Part shown: positions 41,044-51,311 of the stretch, one piece after another
How the letters are laid out: each line of letters begins with the position of its first letter
How positions within the stretch are numbered: position 1 is the first letter of the stretch
Source of the DNA: a virus
Strand: one strand, 5' to 3'
Virus record (IMG/VR): IMGVR_UViG_3300012347_000193
Location: 46,651-110,650 of that record
Length of the DNA: 64,000 nucleotides
Notes under the pieces: model-generated
Told to the model about the DNA's origin: nothing
Database searches by the model: none
The model's input: the letters and a program-made list of their open reading frames with translations, nothing else
Position numbers and translations under genes: made by a program

Positions 41044-41348
41044 AGACTTGGTACTTACTTCCACCCTACACAGAAGCAGACATCGAGTGGCTTGCTAACT
41101 GTGGATTAGAAGTTGAAGTTGAAGTACCAGAACTTCTAGGATTGAATGACAGTGGGTGGTGTGACATGGCTACAGGCCATCACATCCTCTCAGACTATCA
41201 TAAAATCTATGTCAGAACTTATGATAGCAAACAAGAAATGTGGCTCTCGTTGAGATACGACGGTAGAGCAATTTTTAAGTATAACAACGAAGAACTAAAT
41301 AATATTGACACAACACAAGGAGATAAAAATGTCACAACAATAGATTGA
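41040..41348 (+). CDS. Hypothetical protein
   Basis: 102 aa with an ATGA overlap upstream. Confidence 0.6.
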   Translation: MKTWYLLPPYTEADIEWLANCGLEVEVEVPELLGLNDSGWCDMATGHHILSDYHKIYVRTYDSKQEMWLSLRYDGRAIFKYNNEELNNIDTTQGDKNVTTID

Positions 41349-41904
41349 ATACGCATGTAAAGACGTAGTGTTCCACTTTAACAAGGCACACTTACAAGAC
41401 GAGACCATTCCAATGTGGGTCTTAAAATCACATGGAGAAACCTTTTATGTTAATCATGTGGAATGCAATGTTCCATGGAGTACGAAAGAGACCCCAGATA
41501 ACCCAAGTACAAAAGGTAGTATCAAAGTCAAGAATGTATTATTGACGATTGATCCAGACAACAACGCAAACTTAACCAAGCTAACTGTTTTTGATAAAGT
41601 ACGATTACGCAACCAGAAGATGGGCATTACTCGTATCATGTTCTTGCCAAACTCTGACATTCATACTGCATTATTAGAGAACAAACTAAAGCATGGACCA
41701 ATGAAACGAATCACTGCACCTTGCACTACAGCATACATTGTGTGTGACTTGCTTGATAAAGCAGAGGCTACATTCGCTACATTGAAGTATGACACTTTCA
41801 GAGTACTACAACCCAATGACAGCTACTACCAACGTTATGACGAAGATAAAGACTACATCAGTCCTGACTACTCGGATAAAGACACCCCGTATGAGTACAG
41901 TTAA
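41329..41904 (+). CDS. Hypothetical protein with an in-frame TAG at codon 5 (readthrough or pseudogene)
   Basis: AGGAGA-5 nt-ATG TCA CAA CAA TAG ATT GAA TAC GCA TGT AAA GAC GTA GTG TTC CAC is in frame with the 178-aa ORF called from GTG 41368, which has no obvious RBS. Confidence 0.65.
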
Positions 41905-42100
41905 ACTTTTTGTACCTAATAGTGACTTCTCTGATGTGTGTAAACATGTCAGTGAGAGTGGGGTAAAGTATTACCCCATTCGTAGACACGGTGAAATGGT
42001 TGGTAGTCTATATCGTGCCGGGTATCTCTTTGAAATGGATAAGTATCACCCCATTGTGTCCTTTTTGATTCTCAAATTTGACCTAAAAGTTTCTGATTGA
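41891..42100 (+). CDS. Hypothetical protein (69 aa)
   Basis: Start reassigned to MSTVKLF to avoid a long overlap with the upstream gene. Confidence 0.55.
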   Translation: MSTVKLFVPNSDFSDVCKHVSESGVKYYPIRRHGEMVGSLYRAGYLFEMDKYHPIVSFLILKFDLKVSD

Positions 42101-42197
42101 GGGAGTTTGTGTTATAATAAATACATTACTAGATAGGCTAGTAATTCAACAGACTTTAACCAACATGCTCTTAGTCTGTGAGCAGTAAAAGGAAATT

Positions 42198-43004
42198 ATG
42201 ATGTACGCAAACAAGCTCGTGGCGAGCCTAAAAGCCAATGGTAAAATTCTCCGCGAATTCAAAGACAATGTTTATATTCCCTTCGGCAGCGAATATAGCT
42301 TCTTACTAAAAAACCTCAACACAAAACGAGCATTAGTCAATGTATTCATTGATGGTGAAGACATGACACCTGGTGGTCTTGTTCTCAATGCAGGTCAAGA
42401 AGTTGACTTGGAACGCTCAATCAAAAACGGCAATCTACGTGAAGGTAACAAGTTCAAGTTCATTGAACGTACTAGTGCAGTAGAGAAGCATCGTGGTATC
42501 AAACTAGAAGACGGATTGATTCGTATTGAGTTTCAGTTTGAATTGAATCACCCGATGCAATCGTTCTTTGATAACAATGCTAACAGTTGGGCGAAGAGTC
42601 CTATGCGTGGATTCACCGATATCACTTACGGTGTACCACAAGGCACCGGTTCAGCATGGTATGCTACTACAAATGCTTCCACTGACGCTAGATGTATCAG
42701 TGCGAGTGGCTCAACCTCTATGAACGTTTCAGCACAAGCACAATCAATGCCAGCTAACGATGTTGGCATCACTGTAGCAGGTAGCAAGAGTGAACAACGA
42801 TTCACTACAACTACAATGGGTGTGATGGAAACTGAAAAGCATTCTATCATCTTTATGTTGTTAGGTGAGACAGAAGACAACAAGCCTGTATTAGAACCCG
42901 TCAATGTCAAGATGAAGCCAAAGTGTACATCATGTGGTAAGCAAAACAAAGCAACTGCAAAGTATTGTTCGGAATGTGGCACACATTTAGAACTATTTGC
43001 TTAA
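42198..43004 (+). CDS. Hypothetical protein with C-terminal zinc ribbon
   Basis: CTSCG...YCSECG at the C-terminus; AAGGA RBS. Confidence 0.75.
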   Translation: MMYANKLVASLKANGKILREFKDNVYIPFGSEYSFLLKNLNTKRALVNVFIDGEDMTPGGLVLNAGQEVDLERSIKNGNLREGNKFKFIERTSAVEKHRGIKLEDGLIRIEFQFELNHPMQSFFDNNANSWAKSPMRGFTDITYGVPQGTGSAWYATTNASTDARCISASGSTSMNVSAQAQSMPANDVGITVAGSKSEQRFTTTTMGVMETEKHSIIFMLLGETEDNKPVLEPVNVKMKPKCTSCGKQNKATAKYCSECGTHLELFA

Positions 43005-43039
43005 TTGACTTATACCCTAAGTTGTGATATACTTGGGGT

Positions 43040-43294
43040 ATGCAAATAGAAAACTCTCTCGACTGGCAAGCTGTCCATTCTGAATTAAGAACTCAGATTG
43101 GGCAGCTTCCGTATAATCCCGATTTGCGTAGAATGTTGAACAACATCAGCAACATGGTATCAGAGTTAAGTTCTGCCGAAGTAGAATCAAGACGTATCAA
43201 TAAGCCAGAGTACAATAAACTAAAGGTCGATGCTATTAATAAAGCCATCGACCACTTAGAGAAACTATTGCTTATCGCAAAATTAATGAGTTAG
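43040..43294 (+). CDS. Hypothetical helical protein
   Basis: 84 aa; promoter TTGACT-17 nt-TATACT (43005-43033) lies 6 nt upstream of the ATG. Confidence 0.7.
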   Translation: MQIENSLDWQAVHSELRTQIGQLPYNPDLRRMLNNISNMVSELSSAEVESRRINKPEYNKLKVDAINKAIDHLEKLLLIAKLMS

Positions 43295-45069
43295 AATGTT
43301 CCGGTGTAAGTTGTCGGGAACTGTCTAACATCACCTGGCCAAATGATTCTGACTGCTCCATTTCCAGGAGGCGTCACTGTATCAGAAGTACTTGAACCTC
43401 CTCCGCTTCCCCCTCCGTATATTCCACCTACAGTACCCGACACTGATGCAGGATTTGGGTCTATTCCTCCGCTACCAGGACCGCCCTTACGACCATTCGC
43501 TGTGCTGCTTGCGCCACCAACACCGTCAGCGCCTTGACCTAGTAGACCGACTCCGCCACCACCTCCACCGTACACTGTAGTGTTAGTGTAGCCAGCTCCA
43601 CCACCACCGCCACCTCCACCTGCACCGTTTGCACCTGGCAATGTGCCATTACCGCCAGTAGCACCTGCGCCACCTGCTCCTGAATAGCCACCAGCACCAC
43701 CTCCACCACCACCTTTTGTAACTGTAGCACTGCCGCCTCTGCCACCAGCACCGCCTGTTCCAACTATAACGGTGCCTCCTAACGTAGCATTCGCAGTAGG
43801 GACTGAGCCACCGCCACCAGCCTTACATATCACTGTGCCATCGGATTTGGTTACTGCACTAAACCCACCGTCTACGTTGTATCTGCCGTACGCGCCTGCA
43901 ACAACTGTTAAAGATTGACCCGGTGTGACTGCATAATTATTTACGTAAGCTAAGGCACCGCCTCCACCGCCACGATATACTGTACTGTTTGTTAAAGAAC
44001 CTCGACCGCCACCACCGACTGCAACCATACTGATTGATGTGACACCTTCAGGTACTACCCAAGTAGATGTGCTGGAATTAGTAAATTCTACCTGCCCTGC
44101 ATTGTCGAGAGCATCAGCTATACCAGTAGAGGGATATAGTCTTGATAGTCCGGGATATATTATTCGCACCGCACCGCCACTACCAGCTGCGCCCGCAGCA
44201 GCACCGCTACCACCAGCACCACCGGCTCCTCCACCGTAGCTACCACCTATACCGGTATTAAACGGTGTGAGGTGAGCATCGCCACCGGCTCCTCCACCCG
44301 AGCCACCGAAACCTGCATTACCGGCTCCGGTGCCACCGGTTCCGCTTGCTCCCTCTCCGAAAATTCCGACACCACCACCGCCACCGCCACCTGGTCTAGT
44401 AGTTAAATTATATCCACCGTTACCGCCGTGACCCGCACCCCCTGTACCAGGTGAGCCTCCGTAGTTGTTGGCACTATTATAAATGTCTCCACCTTTGCCG
44501 CCTGCCCCTGAGTAGCCACCAGCTCCTCCACCAGCACCACCGGCCCCTGCTGCTTGCGCACCCCAATTATTGGATCTACCACTTGCACCACCGGCACCAC
44601 CACCACCGCTTGATGATAGTATTGAGCCACCTGCAACTGAATCGCCGTTAGTTGCGCCACCGGCACCACCACCTGCTCCGCATAATAAAGTTGCGCCACG
44701 CATTACTTTAGTATCACCACCGTTACCGCCGGTGCTTGTACCAGATGCTCCTGCTGTTCCACCAGAACCAACTATGACTGTTAGTGTTTCTCCGGCGGTG
44801 ACTGAAATAGAGTTGACATACGATAACGCACCACCGCCTCCACCTGCTCCACCGCGAGAACCAGTTCTACCACCGCTTCCACCACCAGCGCCGACAGTAA
44901 CAACACTAATCTCAGTGACATTAGATGGAACTGTCCAAGAATATGTTCCGGCAGAGGTATATGCTACCTGTCCAGTTAATGTTCCGGATGTTATTGAAGT
45001 TCTGGAAAGGATAGCTCCTGCGACAGAAACCCAAGAGAACCCGCTAGTCATTGATGAAAGTCTTGACAT
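43291..45069 (-). CDS. Glycine-rich tail fibre-type protein with two repeated domains
   Basis: Two units of 'W.VP..VT.IS.V.VG.GG...GGGGGAL.YVN...VT.G..LTV...GAVRII.PG'. Confidence 0.75.
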   Translation of the reverse strand: MSRLSSMTSGFSWVSVAGAILSRTSITSGTLTGQVAYTSAGTYSWTVPSNVTEISVVTVGAGGGSGGRTGSRGGAGGGGGALSYVNSISVTAGETLTVIVGSGGTAGASGTSTGGNGGDTKVMRGATLLCGAGGGAGGATNGDSVAGGSILSSSGGGGAGGASGRSNNWGAQAAGAGGAGGGAGGYSGAGGKGGDIYNSANNYGGSPGTGGAGHGGNGGYNLTTRPGGGGGGGVGIFGEGASGTGGTGAGNAGFGGSGGGAGGDAHLTPFNTGIGGSYGGGAGGAGGSGAAAGAAGSGGAVRIIYPGLSRLYPSTGIADALDNAGQVEFTNSSTSTWVVPEGVTSISMVAVGGGGRGSLTNSTVYRGGGGGALAYVNNYAVTPGQSLTVVAGAYGRYNVDGGFSAVTKSDGTVICKAGGGGSVPTANATLGGTVIVGTGGAGGRGGSATVTKGGGGGGAGGYSGAGGAGATGGNGTLPGANGAGGGGGGGGAGYTNTTVYGGGGGGVGLLGQGADGVGGASSTANGRKGGPGSGGIDPNPASVSGTVGGIYGGGSGGGSSTSDTVTPPGNGAVRIIWPGDVRQFPTTYTGTF

Positions 45070-45075
45070 ATTCCT

Positions 45076-48000
45076 TTAACCGTATGATGCTGATTGACCA
45101 AGAACAGTCCATGTTCCTGAACTGCTTCTAATTAGTGAGTAAGAAACAACATCAATTTTATTGCTTGAAGCAGTGGGAGCAGTAGAACTAATCCACTTAA
45201 TTGTTTGCGATGCACCTGCAATCTGAAAATCTGTTGGCAGATATCCAGTAGCCCCTTGAGTTACTATAAATGTTACTATAGTTGTTCTATTAGTTGTAGT
45301 GGGGACGTTAATTAAATTTATTGACCATGATGCTGTCGTAGTCACATCAAACACTGACCCGGTAGTTAAGTCATATTCTTTGAGACCCGACGGGGATGAT
45401 GAAAGTGTAACATCTTGTGTTGCCTGAAACGTAACGAACCCTGTAGTGAAATTAGTATTTCCTGCAACGTTTAACCCAGTCAGCATACCAACACTAGTGA
45501 TATTGGGTTGTGCTGATGATGTGACGGTTTCGGCAACTAATGCGTTAGCGACTTGACCTGATACATTAGCACCTGCTACTGAATTAGCAGTTGTTGCGTA
45601 AGTAACTGCACCTGATACGTTTGCTCCAGCTACTGCGTTAGCGATTGCGGCATAGCTTACTTGACCGGTTACGTTAGCACCCTGAATGTTACTTAGATTG
45701 TTACCGGCACCTATGAAGTAATTAGCTGTGATTTCGTTCACGCCAGTGATAGAACCGCCTGATCCTGATCCTGCGACAATTTTTGTAGTAACTGTTAAGT
45801 TGCCTGAGATTTCGGCACCTGAACTAGAAACTGATAACACATTTGCAACACCTGCTACGCTTGTTGTAACTTCACCGCCTGATGTGCTAACGCTTACATT
45901 ACTTGTTCCGTTGCTAATGATTGAGGATGTACCACCTGCTACTGATGCCCAAGAAAGAGTGCCGCTGCCATCGGTTCTTAAATACTGACCTGACGTGCCC
46001 CCTGCAATATGTAAGTTACCTACACTACCTAAAGTGACGTTCGCAGTTGTCGTAAAGTTAACGACACCGGTTGCATTACTTACAGTCAATCCAGTTAATG
46101 AACCTACACTGGTGATATTAGGTTGCGCATTTGTGTAAACAGTACTAGCAACTAATGCATTAGCTACTTGTCCTGAAATGTTTGCACCTGGCAAGCTAGT
46201 TAACAAGCTACCATCTGCACTGATTTTATGACTAAAGGTAAACGAGTTAGTGCTGTTGATATACAACATATTTGCACTAGCGCCGTTGATAATGATACCG
46301 GCACCGTTTGCTAATGTAGAGCTTGATGCGTCATTTGCTAATACTAATGCCAAGTCATCAACTTGTACTATAGTGGAATTAATAGAAGTTACTGTACCGT
46401 TAACAGTCAAGTTCCCACCGACTACTAAGTTTCCATTAATGCCTAAGTTAGTTAATGTGCCAACTGATGTAATGTTAGGTTGAGCGTTAGTGTAAACCGT
46501 ACCCGCTACCAATGCGTTAGCTACTTGGCCTGATACATTTGCACCTGCAACACTGTTAGCAGTCACCGCAGTTGTTGCTACTAAAGCGTTAGCTACTTGA
46601 CCCGATACGTTAGCGCCGGCTACACTGTTGGCTGTTGTTGCGTAAGTTGCTAATCCAACTGCACCTGTTATATTTGCACCCTGAATGTTGCTTAGATTGT
46701 TACCGGAGCCTGAAAAATAATTCGCAGTTACTAAGTTGCCTAAGTCGGCGTTACTAGTGATTAGCTTGTTGTTAGCGTAATCAAACACTAAGCTACCACT
46801 TGCCCCAAAATCCCCTGCATAATTAAATTGAATTTGAGTATCTGCACCTGCTACTGTACTAGTGCCACCACCGCCACCGGTCGTAGCTGTAATCCAAGAC
46901 AACTGACCTGCACCATCCGTAGACAATACTTGTCCTGAGATGCCTCCCGTGATATGAATATTACTGACGACACCTAAATTAACGTTACTTGCTCCTGCAA
47001 GATTAACTACTCCAGTGCTAACTAATCCAGTAAGAGTGCCAACACTCGTAATGTTGGATTGGGTAGCATCAGTTACAGTATTAGCGGTACTGATGATAGT
47101 GGGCTTGTTAGTTAAATCAGTATAACTACCGCTGAATAGAGTTGGCTTATTAGCTAATGATGAATACTCTCCGTCGAACAGTGTAGGCTTGTTAGTTAAA
47201 TCAGTATAACTACCGCTGAATAACGCCGGCTTATTGGCTAACGATGCATACTCCCCATCGAATAACGCAGGGGTATTACTTAAATCGGTGTAGTCACCCG
47301 AGATTGCTACTGCTGCCAAGTCACTAGTATCTGCTTTATTGGCAAGACTGTTAGTTATTGTAGTTGTGAAAGAAGCGTCATTGCCTAACGCATTCGCAAG
47401 TTCATTTAAAGTGTTTAATACTGCAGGAGCACCACCAACTAAGTCGCTGACTGCACTATCAACGTATAAGGTAGAAGCAAAGTACGTGTCAGGGTGACCA
47501 TTCAATGAAACAGCATTCACATTAGTAACTGAGCTACCGTTACCTGCCAAGAACGTAGCTGATAATGTACGTGAAGTCTTGTTAAATGTTAAGTTACCGT
47601 CTCCGGCAGTTGTACCGTTATCGTTAAATTGAATTTGCGTATTACTACCTGCAGGATCACTGACACCGCTAGTACTAACCCCAGTCAATTGACTACCGTC
47701 ACCAAAGAAACGTGTAGCAGTGATGTTGCCGTTGACTGTTAACCCGGTCAGTGTACCTACACTAGTGATGTTGGGTTGAGCGTTAGTAAACACTGTACCG
47801 GACATGTGAGAACTAGGCACTTCACCGTATATGTTTGCCGCTCTAATATTACCTATCATGTAGCCATCACCCTGCAAGAATGATGCTTTTAATACATTTG
47901 TAGTTCGGTTGAAGGTTAGATTAGAACTAGCACCTAGATTACCGTTGTTATTGAATTGAATTTGAGTGTTACTACCTGCAGTCGTCTGTCCGCCTGTCAG

Positions 48001-48432
48001 ATAAGTAGTAACCTCAATAACCTCACCGTTTAATGGTGTACCCGTAAAAGTAACTACATTACCAGAAAGATTGAAGGCTGCACTTTGCTGTAAGATACCA
48101 TCAATGTTGATAATAACGTGGTCAACGTCAGTGGGTATGGAAGTCAATGTGAACTGAGTAGCGGTTCCGTCTCCGACAAAAGAGTCTCTACTGATTCCAG
48201 TGAACCCGTTAACAATTTGAATTCCACCACCAGTATTTTCTACCCAAGATAGATTACCACTACCGTCTGTGCTTAAAATATGCCCGTCAGACCCACCGTC
48301 AATTGTGATATTTGACGCAGGTCCTAAATTAGTTAAACCTGAAACGTCTAAGTTGCCGGTAACATTGGCATTAGCAAAGGTAAATGTTGCACTGGTATTT
48401 ACACTGTTTGGTTCTAATTTTGTGAATGCCAT
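45076..48432 (-). CDS. Long tail fibre protein
   Basis: 1118 aa with repeats AQPNITSVG.L, ANSVAGANVSG, GSNTQIQFN and LFSGSYTDLTNKPT. The C-terminal domain is shared with 51911-53194. Confidence 0.75.
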   Translation of the reverse strand: MAFTKLEPNSVNTSATFTFANANVTGNLDVSGLTNLGPASNITIDGGSDGHILSTDGSGNLSWVENTGGGIQIVNGFTGISRDSFVGDGTATQFTLTSIPTDVDHVIINIDGILQQSAAFNLSGNVVTFTGTPLNGEVIEVTTYLTGGQTTAGSNTQIQFNNNGNLGASSNLTFNRTTNVLKASFLQGDGYMIGNIRAANIYGEVPSSHMSGTVFTNAQPNITSVGTLTGLTVNGNITATRFFGDGSQLTGVSTSGVSDPAGSNTQIQFNDNGTTAGDGNLTFNKTSRTLSATFLAGNGSSVTNVNAVSLNGHPDTYFASTLYVDSAVSDLVGGAPAVLNTLNELANALGNDASFTTTITNSLANKADTSDLAAVAISGDYTDLSNTPALFDGEYASLANKPALFSGSYTDLTNKPTLFDGEYSSLANKPTLFSGSYTDLTNKPTIISTANTVTDATQSNITSVGTLTGLVSTGVVNLAGASNVNLGVVSNIHITGGISGQVLSTDGAGQLSWITATTGGGGGTSTVAGADTQIQFNYAGDFGASGSLVFDYANNKLITSNADLGNLVTANYFSGSGNNLSNIQGANITGAVGLATYATTANSVAGANVSGQVANALVATTAVTANSVAGANVSGQVANALVAGTVYTNAQPNITSVGTLTNLGINGNLVVGGNLTVNGTVTSINSTIVQVDDLALVLANDASSSTLANGAGIIINGASANMLYINSTNSFTFSHKISADGSLLTSLPGANISGQVANALVASTVYTNAQPNITSVGSLTGLTVSNATGVVNFTTTANVTLGSVGNLHIAGGTSGQYLRTDGSGTLSWASVAGGTSSIISNGTSNVSVSTSGGEVTTSVAGVANVLSVSSSGAEISGNLTVTTKIVAGSGSGGSITGVNEITANYFIGAGNNLSNIQGANVTGQVSYAAIANAVAGANVSGAVTYATTANSVAGANVSGQVANALVAETVTSSAQPNITSVGMLTGLNVAGNTNFTTGFVTFQATQDVTLSSSPSGLKEYDLTTGSVFDVTTTASWSINLINVPTTTNRTTIVTFIVTQGATGYLPTDFQIAGASQTIKWISSTAPTASSNKIDVVSYSLIRSSSGTWTVLGQSASYG
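47102..47222. repeat. 84-bp-period intragenic duplication
   Basis: Identical 37-mers at 47102-47138 and 47186-47222. Confidence 0.8.
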
Positions 48433-48489
48433 TCTTTTTCCCTGTTTATTATGTATTTAGTCAAAAATGAACTAAACACCTACAGGGAG

Positions 48490-49659
48490 TTAGATGAACC
48501 AAGTAATGATGCTGTATCTAGTACCGCTAGTCACTGGCATAATCTCATGAGGGTACATGAAATTGCTAGGAAACATGATAATCGACCCCTTTTTCACATT
48601 GTAGGTCTTTTCTCTATTCCAGAATGCCCACTCGCCGCCTTCGTAATCGTTATTCAATGCGATACTACATGATACTGCTCTTGGTTGTTGCATGAAACTA
48701 TCAGTATGTTCGACATAAAACCCGCCTGTTTTGTATCTAAGCAAGTCATATCCGGTATCTTGCTGGATCATTGCCAGTGGAAATTTCTTATTATACTCGT
48801 TGATAGCCTTGTTGGTGCAGTTAAAGATTTTAGTATCAAGTTCTTTTCTTACTTCATAGTTTCTGTCAATAACTTCAGCTATGCTTATACCTATAATATC
48901 ATTGTTTCGAACATCTTTGTTTGAAGTTCCGGATGATATAGTTGATGGATACCAATCGTTACCGTCTCTATACTCGTTGAGAATCTGGTCACAAAGTTCT
49001 TCAGGAACTGCATTCTCTAATACCACTACATAGTCTTCGATGTTTCTACTGAATGTAGTAACCTCAGGTTCTGATACCTGAATAGTTGCAGATGGCTCGT
49101 CTTGAATTAGTTTAGTGTTTTCTTTATCTCTGTTATCAAAAAATGCAAAGTTTCTGTCTCCTCGGCTTCTAACATAATGTAAGAAAACCTGAACATATTT
49201 AGAGCCTTCAAATTTATCTCGCCAGTGGTCTGCCTCGCAACCTAAGTACATCATCGCATCACCTGAATTAAGACTTAATCTTGCTTCTTCTCCGTTTGGC
49301 TTTGTGATACAAATAGGCCAGTCACTGTCACCTGCTAAATGCAACGTCAGACTAATTTCACATGCGTCACGGTCTTTGTGATGCTTCAAATCACTTCCTT
49401 CTTTATACACTCTAGCATATGAGTAAGTTGGTAGAACCGTCTCCCCTAAAAATTTACTGACTTCAGGTGTCTTCTCGCAAAGCAATTCTAAAAAGTCAAT
49501 ATAGTTATACGCAGTGTGAGAGTTTTCTGCTTGCCCATCACCTTCTAAATTATTTGACACACAAAAATTTAGAAATTTATTAGCAAGTTCTCTAGCCCTA
49601 TCAGTTGAGATAAAATTAGGAATGTATATGAAATTGTTGTCTACTAGTTGTTGATTCAT
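48490..49659 (-). CDS. Tandem two-domain 2OG-Fe(II) oxygenase (prolyl hydroxylase-like)
   Basis: Domain 1 has HKDR...HWR...QVFLHY. Domain 2 has HTD...YEGGE...FPSNFMYPHE..PV..G.RYS. Confidence 0.88.
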   Translation of the reverse strand: MNQQLVDNNFIYIPNFISTDRARELANKFLNFCVSNNLEGDGQAENSHTAYNYIDFLELLCEKTPEVSKFLGETVLPTYSYARVYKEGSDLKHHKDRDACEISLTLHLAGDSDWPICITKPNGEEARLSLNSGDAMMYLGCEADHWRDKFEGSKYVQVFLHYVRSRGDRNFAFFDNRDKENTKLIQDEPSATIQVSEPEVTTFSRNIEDYVVVLENAVPEELCDQILNEYRDGNDWYPSTISSGTSNKDVRNNDIIGISIAEVIDRNYEVRKELDTKIFNCTNKAINEYNKKFPLAMIQQDTGYDLLRYKTGGFYVEHTDSFMQQPRAVSCSIALNNDYEGGEWAFWNREKTYNVKKGSIIMFPSNFMYPHEIMPVTSGTRYSIITWFI

Positions 49660-49940
49660 TTTATAATGTTGATAGTCGTTGATTCTGATTCAGGTGGGTA
49701 TAACTTATATGCAGTCTCCCACAGTGCTAATGCTTTGTGTGCCCATTCAGGAAGTTCAGTGATGATTTGATTATGTCTAGTGTCTCTGAATTCTAATTGA
49801 CCCTCACCGTTTAGCCAATGTAGTGCGTGAATGTCTTCTGGTATGCCGCAAGTATGTAAATCTAAATTGATGTAAGTCCATTCATCTAAGTAGACTGCAT
49901 TATCGTCAACTAGGATAGTGATTCGATTACTCTGAACCAT
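49656..49940 (-). CDS. Hypothetical protein (tail fibre-associated), 94 aa
   Basis: Start reassigned to MVQSNRIT; motif 'IHALHW..GEGQLE'. Confidence 0.6.
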   Translation of the reverse strand: MVQSNRITILVDDNAVYLDEWTYINLDLHTCGIPEDIHALHWLNGEGQLEFRDTRHNQIITELPEWAHKALALWETAYKLYPPESESTTINIIK

Positions 49941-50241
49941 TGTCGAGAGTCCTCGGTAGCTTGGTAAAATCATTGGTCGCAGCAGCAAGCAAGATTTGTT
50001 GTGAAGCCTCGTTTGACTTAACCATTTCGTTTCTGAAACTTTCAACGGCTGCGCCTGTTTGTCGTTGTTGCCCTGAGTTCTCAATCAATAACATAGGTAA
50101 CATTGCGATTGCACAGTTCCACTCATCGACACGATTTCCAGTATTCATGTCGTAACCTTCAATCTTCATAAACCATGCACAGTCTAACCCTATGCATTCT
50201 TTTTTAAGAAGCGGGCAAAGATTCTTTCTTTTTAATTCCAT
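49927..50241 (-). CDS. Cys-containing phage protein
   Basis: CPLLKKECIGLDCAWF...CAIA.LP.LLIENS...AAVESFRNEMV; GAGG RBS. Confidence 0.7.
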   Translation of the reverse strand: MELKRKNLCPLLKKECIGLDCAWFMKIEGYDMNTGNRVDEWNCAIAMLPMLLIENSGQQRQTGAAVESFRNEMVKSNEASQQILLAAATNDFTKLPRTLDNGSE

Positions 50242-50293
50242 AGTAAACCTCGTTTATCAAGTATTTAATAACTTGATATAGAGTTACTAAATT

Positions 50294-50797
50294 TTAGTCT
50301 TTAATGCAGATTATCGAGTCAACGTATTTCACACTAAAGTCAGCGCTGGAACTTGATGAAAAGTCAACTTTAAGAGTACCTGATAGTGTGTGAGTATGTC
50401 CAGTGCCGACACCGGCTGAACCAGACTGTCCAGTGCTAGGGGCTCCAAACCATCCAGTGATAGTACTAGGAGAAGTGGGACCCGCGGTGTACGGATATCC
50501 ACTGTTAGGAGAATTAATCGGGGTTCCAACAGAACCTGAGAAAGGATGCGTGTGTGCAGGTATATCCATCTGAGCCGAATTAACCGTAACTGTACTTGCG
50601 GATGCCGGATAAGTAACTGAACCTGCTGTCCTAGTTGATGTGAAAAAATCAGTAAAGTCTACTGTGCCACCAGATCCAAATGTACTAGTAGTTATAATCC
50701 TAAGAGTGTGGTTATATGAGTTACTGTCTTTAGTCCAACCAGTAGGCGAGGTTGTATGTTTAAAAAATGTTCTAGTTCCTGAAGGAAATGCTGCCAT
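50294..50797 (-). CDS. Short tail-collar-like fibre protein (paralogue 3)
   Basis: PSGT...F....PTGWTK, PAHTH, HTH and VKYVD. Confidence 0.7.
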   Translation of the reverse strand: MAAFPSGTRTFFKHTTSPTGWTKDSNSYNHTLRIITTSTFGSGGTVDFTDFFTSTRTAGSVTYPASASTVTVNSAQMDIPAHTHPFSGSVGTPINSPNSGYPYTAGPTSPSTITGWFGAPSTGQSGSAGVGTGHTHTLSGTLKVDFSSSSSADFSVKYVDSIICIKD

Positions 50798-50803
50798 AGT
50801 CGT

Positions 50804-51307
50804 TTAGTCCCTCGTAGCTATTATTGCATCAATGTATTTAACTGTCAAACCAACAGACAGAGTAACACCGGGCGTAGCACTAAATGCCAGTGGGTGTGTA
50901 TGTGCTGCTGGCGCAGGAGAGCCTGTGCTTCCTGAAGTAGTCCCAGTTGGAATTGGTGAGATGCCTGCTCTTCCTGACGCAGCACCCCCGGGATATTGTC
51001 TTAGAGAAGAAGACGTATATGAAATATATCCTGATGTGAATGTGTGAGTATGAGAAGCTAACTCGCCGACTGCCGGGTTAACTGATAGAGCGGATCCTGT
51101 TGGGTTAGTAATAGTACTAGCCCAAGTCCAGCTTTTTTGTGCTGCCTGTCCCACCGTTGTGGTCCACCCTGACGCAGATGTATTATCTGATCCTGCAATA
51201 TTTGTAACACGTAGCCCATAGTCATCATATGTTAAATCTCGTGTCCAACCAACTGGCGACCAAGATTGTATGAAAAGAGTTGTTGAACCTGAAGGAATTG
51301 AAGCCAT
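50804..51307 (-). CDS. Short tail-collar-like fibre protein (paralogue 2)
   Basis: IPSGS...F.Q...PVGWTR, SHTH, HTH and VKYIDAIIATRD. Confidence 0.7.
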   Translation of the reverse strand: MASIPSGSTTLFIQSWSPVGWTRDLTYDDYGLRVTNIAGSDNTSASGWTTTVGQAAQKSWTWASTITNPTGSALSVNPAVGELASHTHTFTSGYISYTSSSLRQYPGGAASGRAGISPIPTGTTSGSTGSPAPAAHTHPLAFSATPGVTLSVGLTVKYIDAIIATRD

Positions 51308-51311
51308 TTAA

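Noticed and set aside
43343-45079. Pro-rich plus-strand ORFs
   Set aside because: They are the reverse complement of the Gly codons in 43291-45069.
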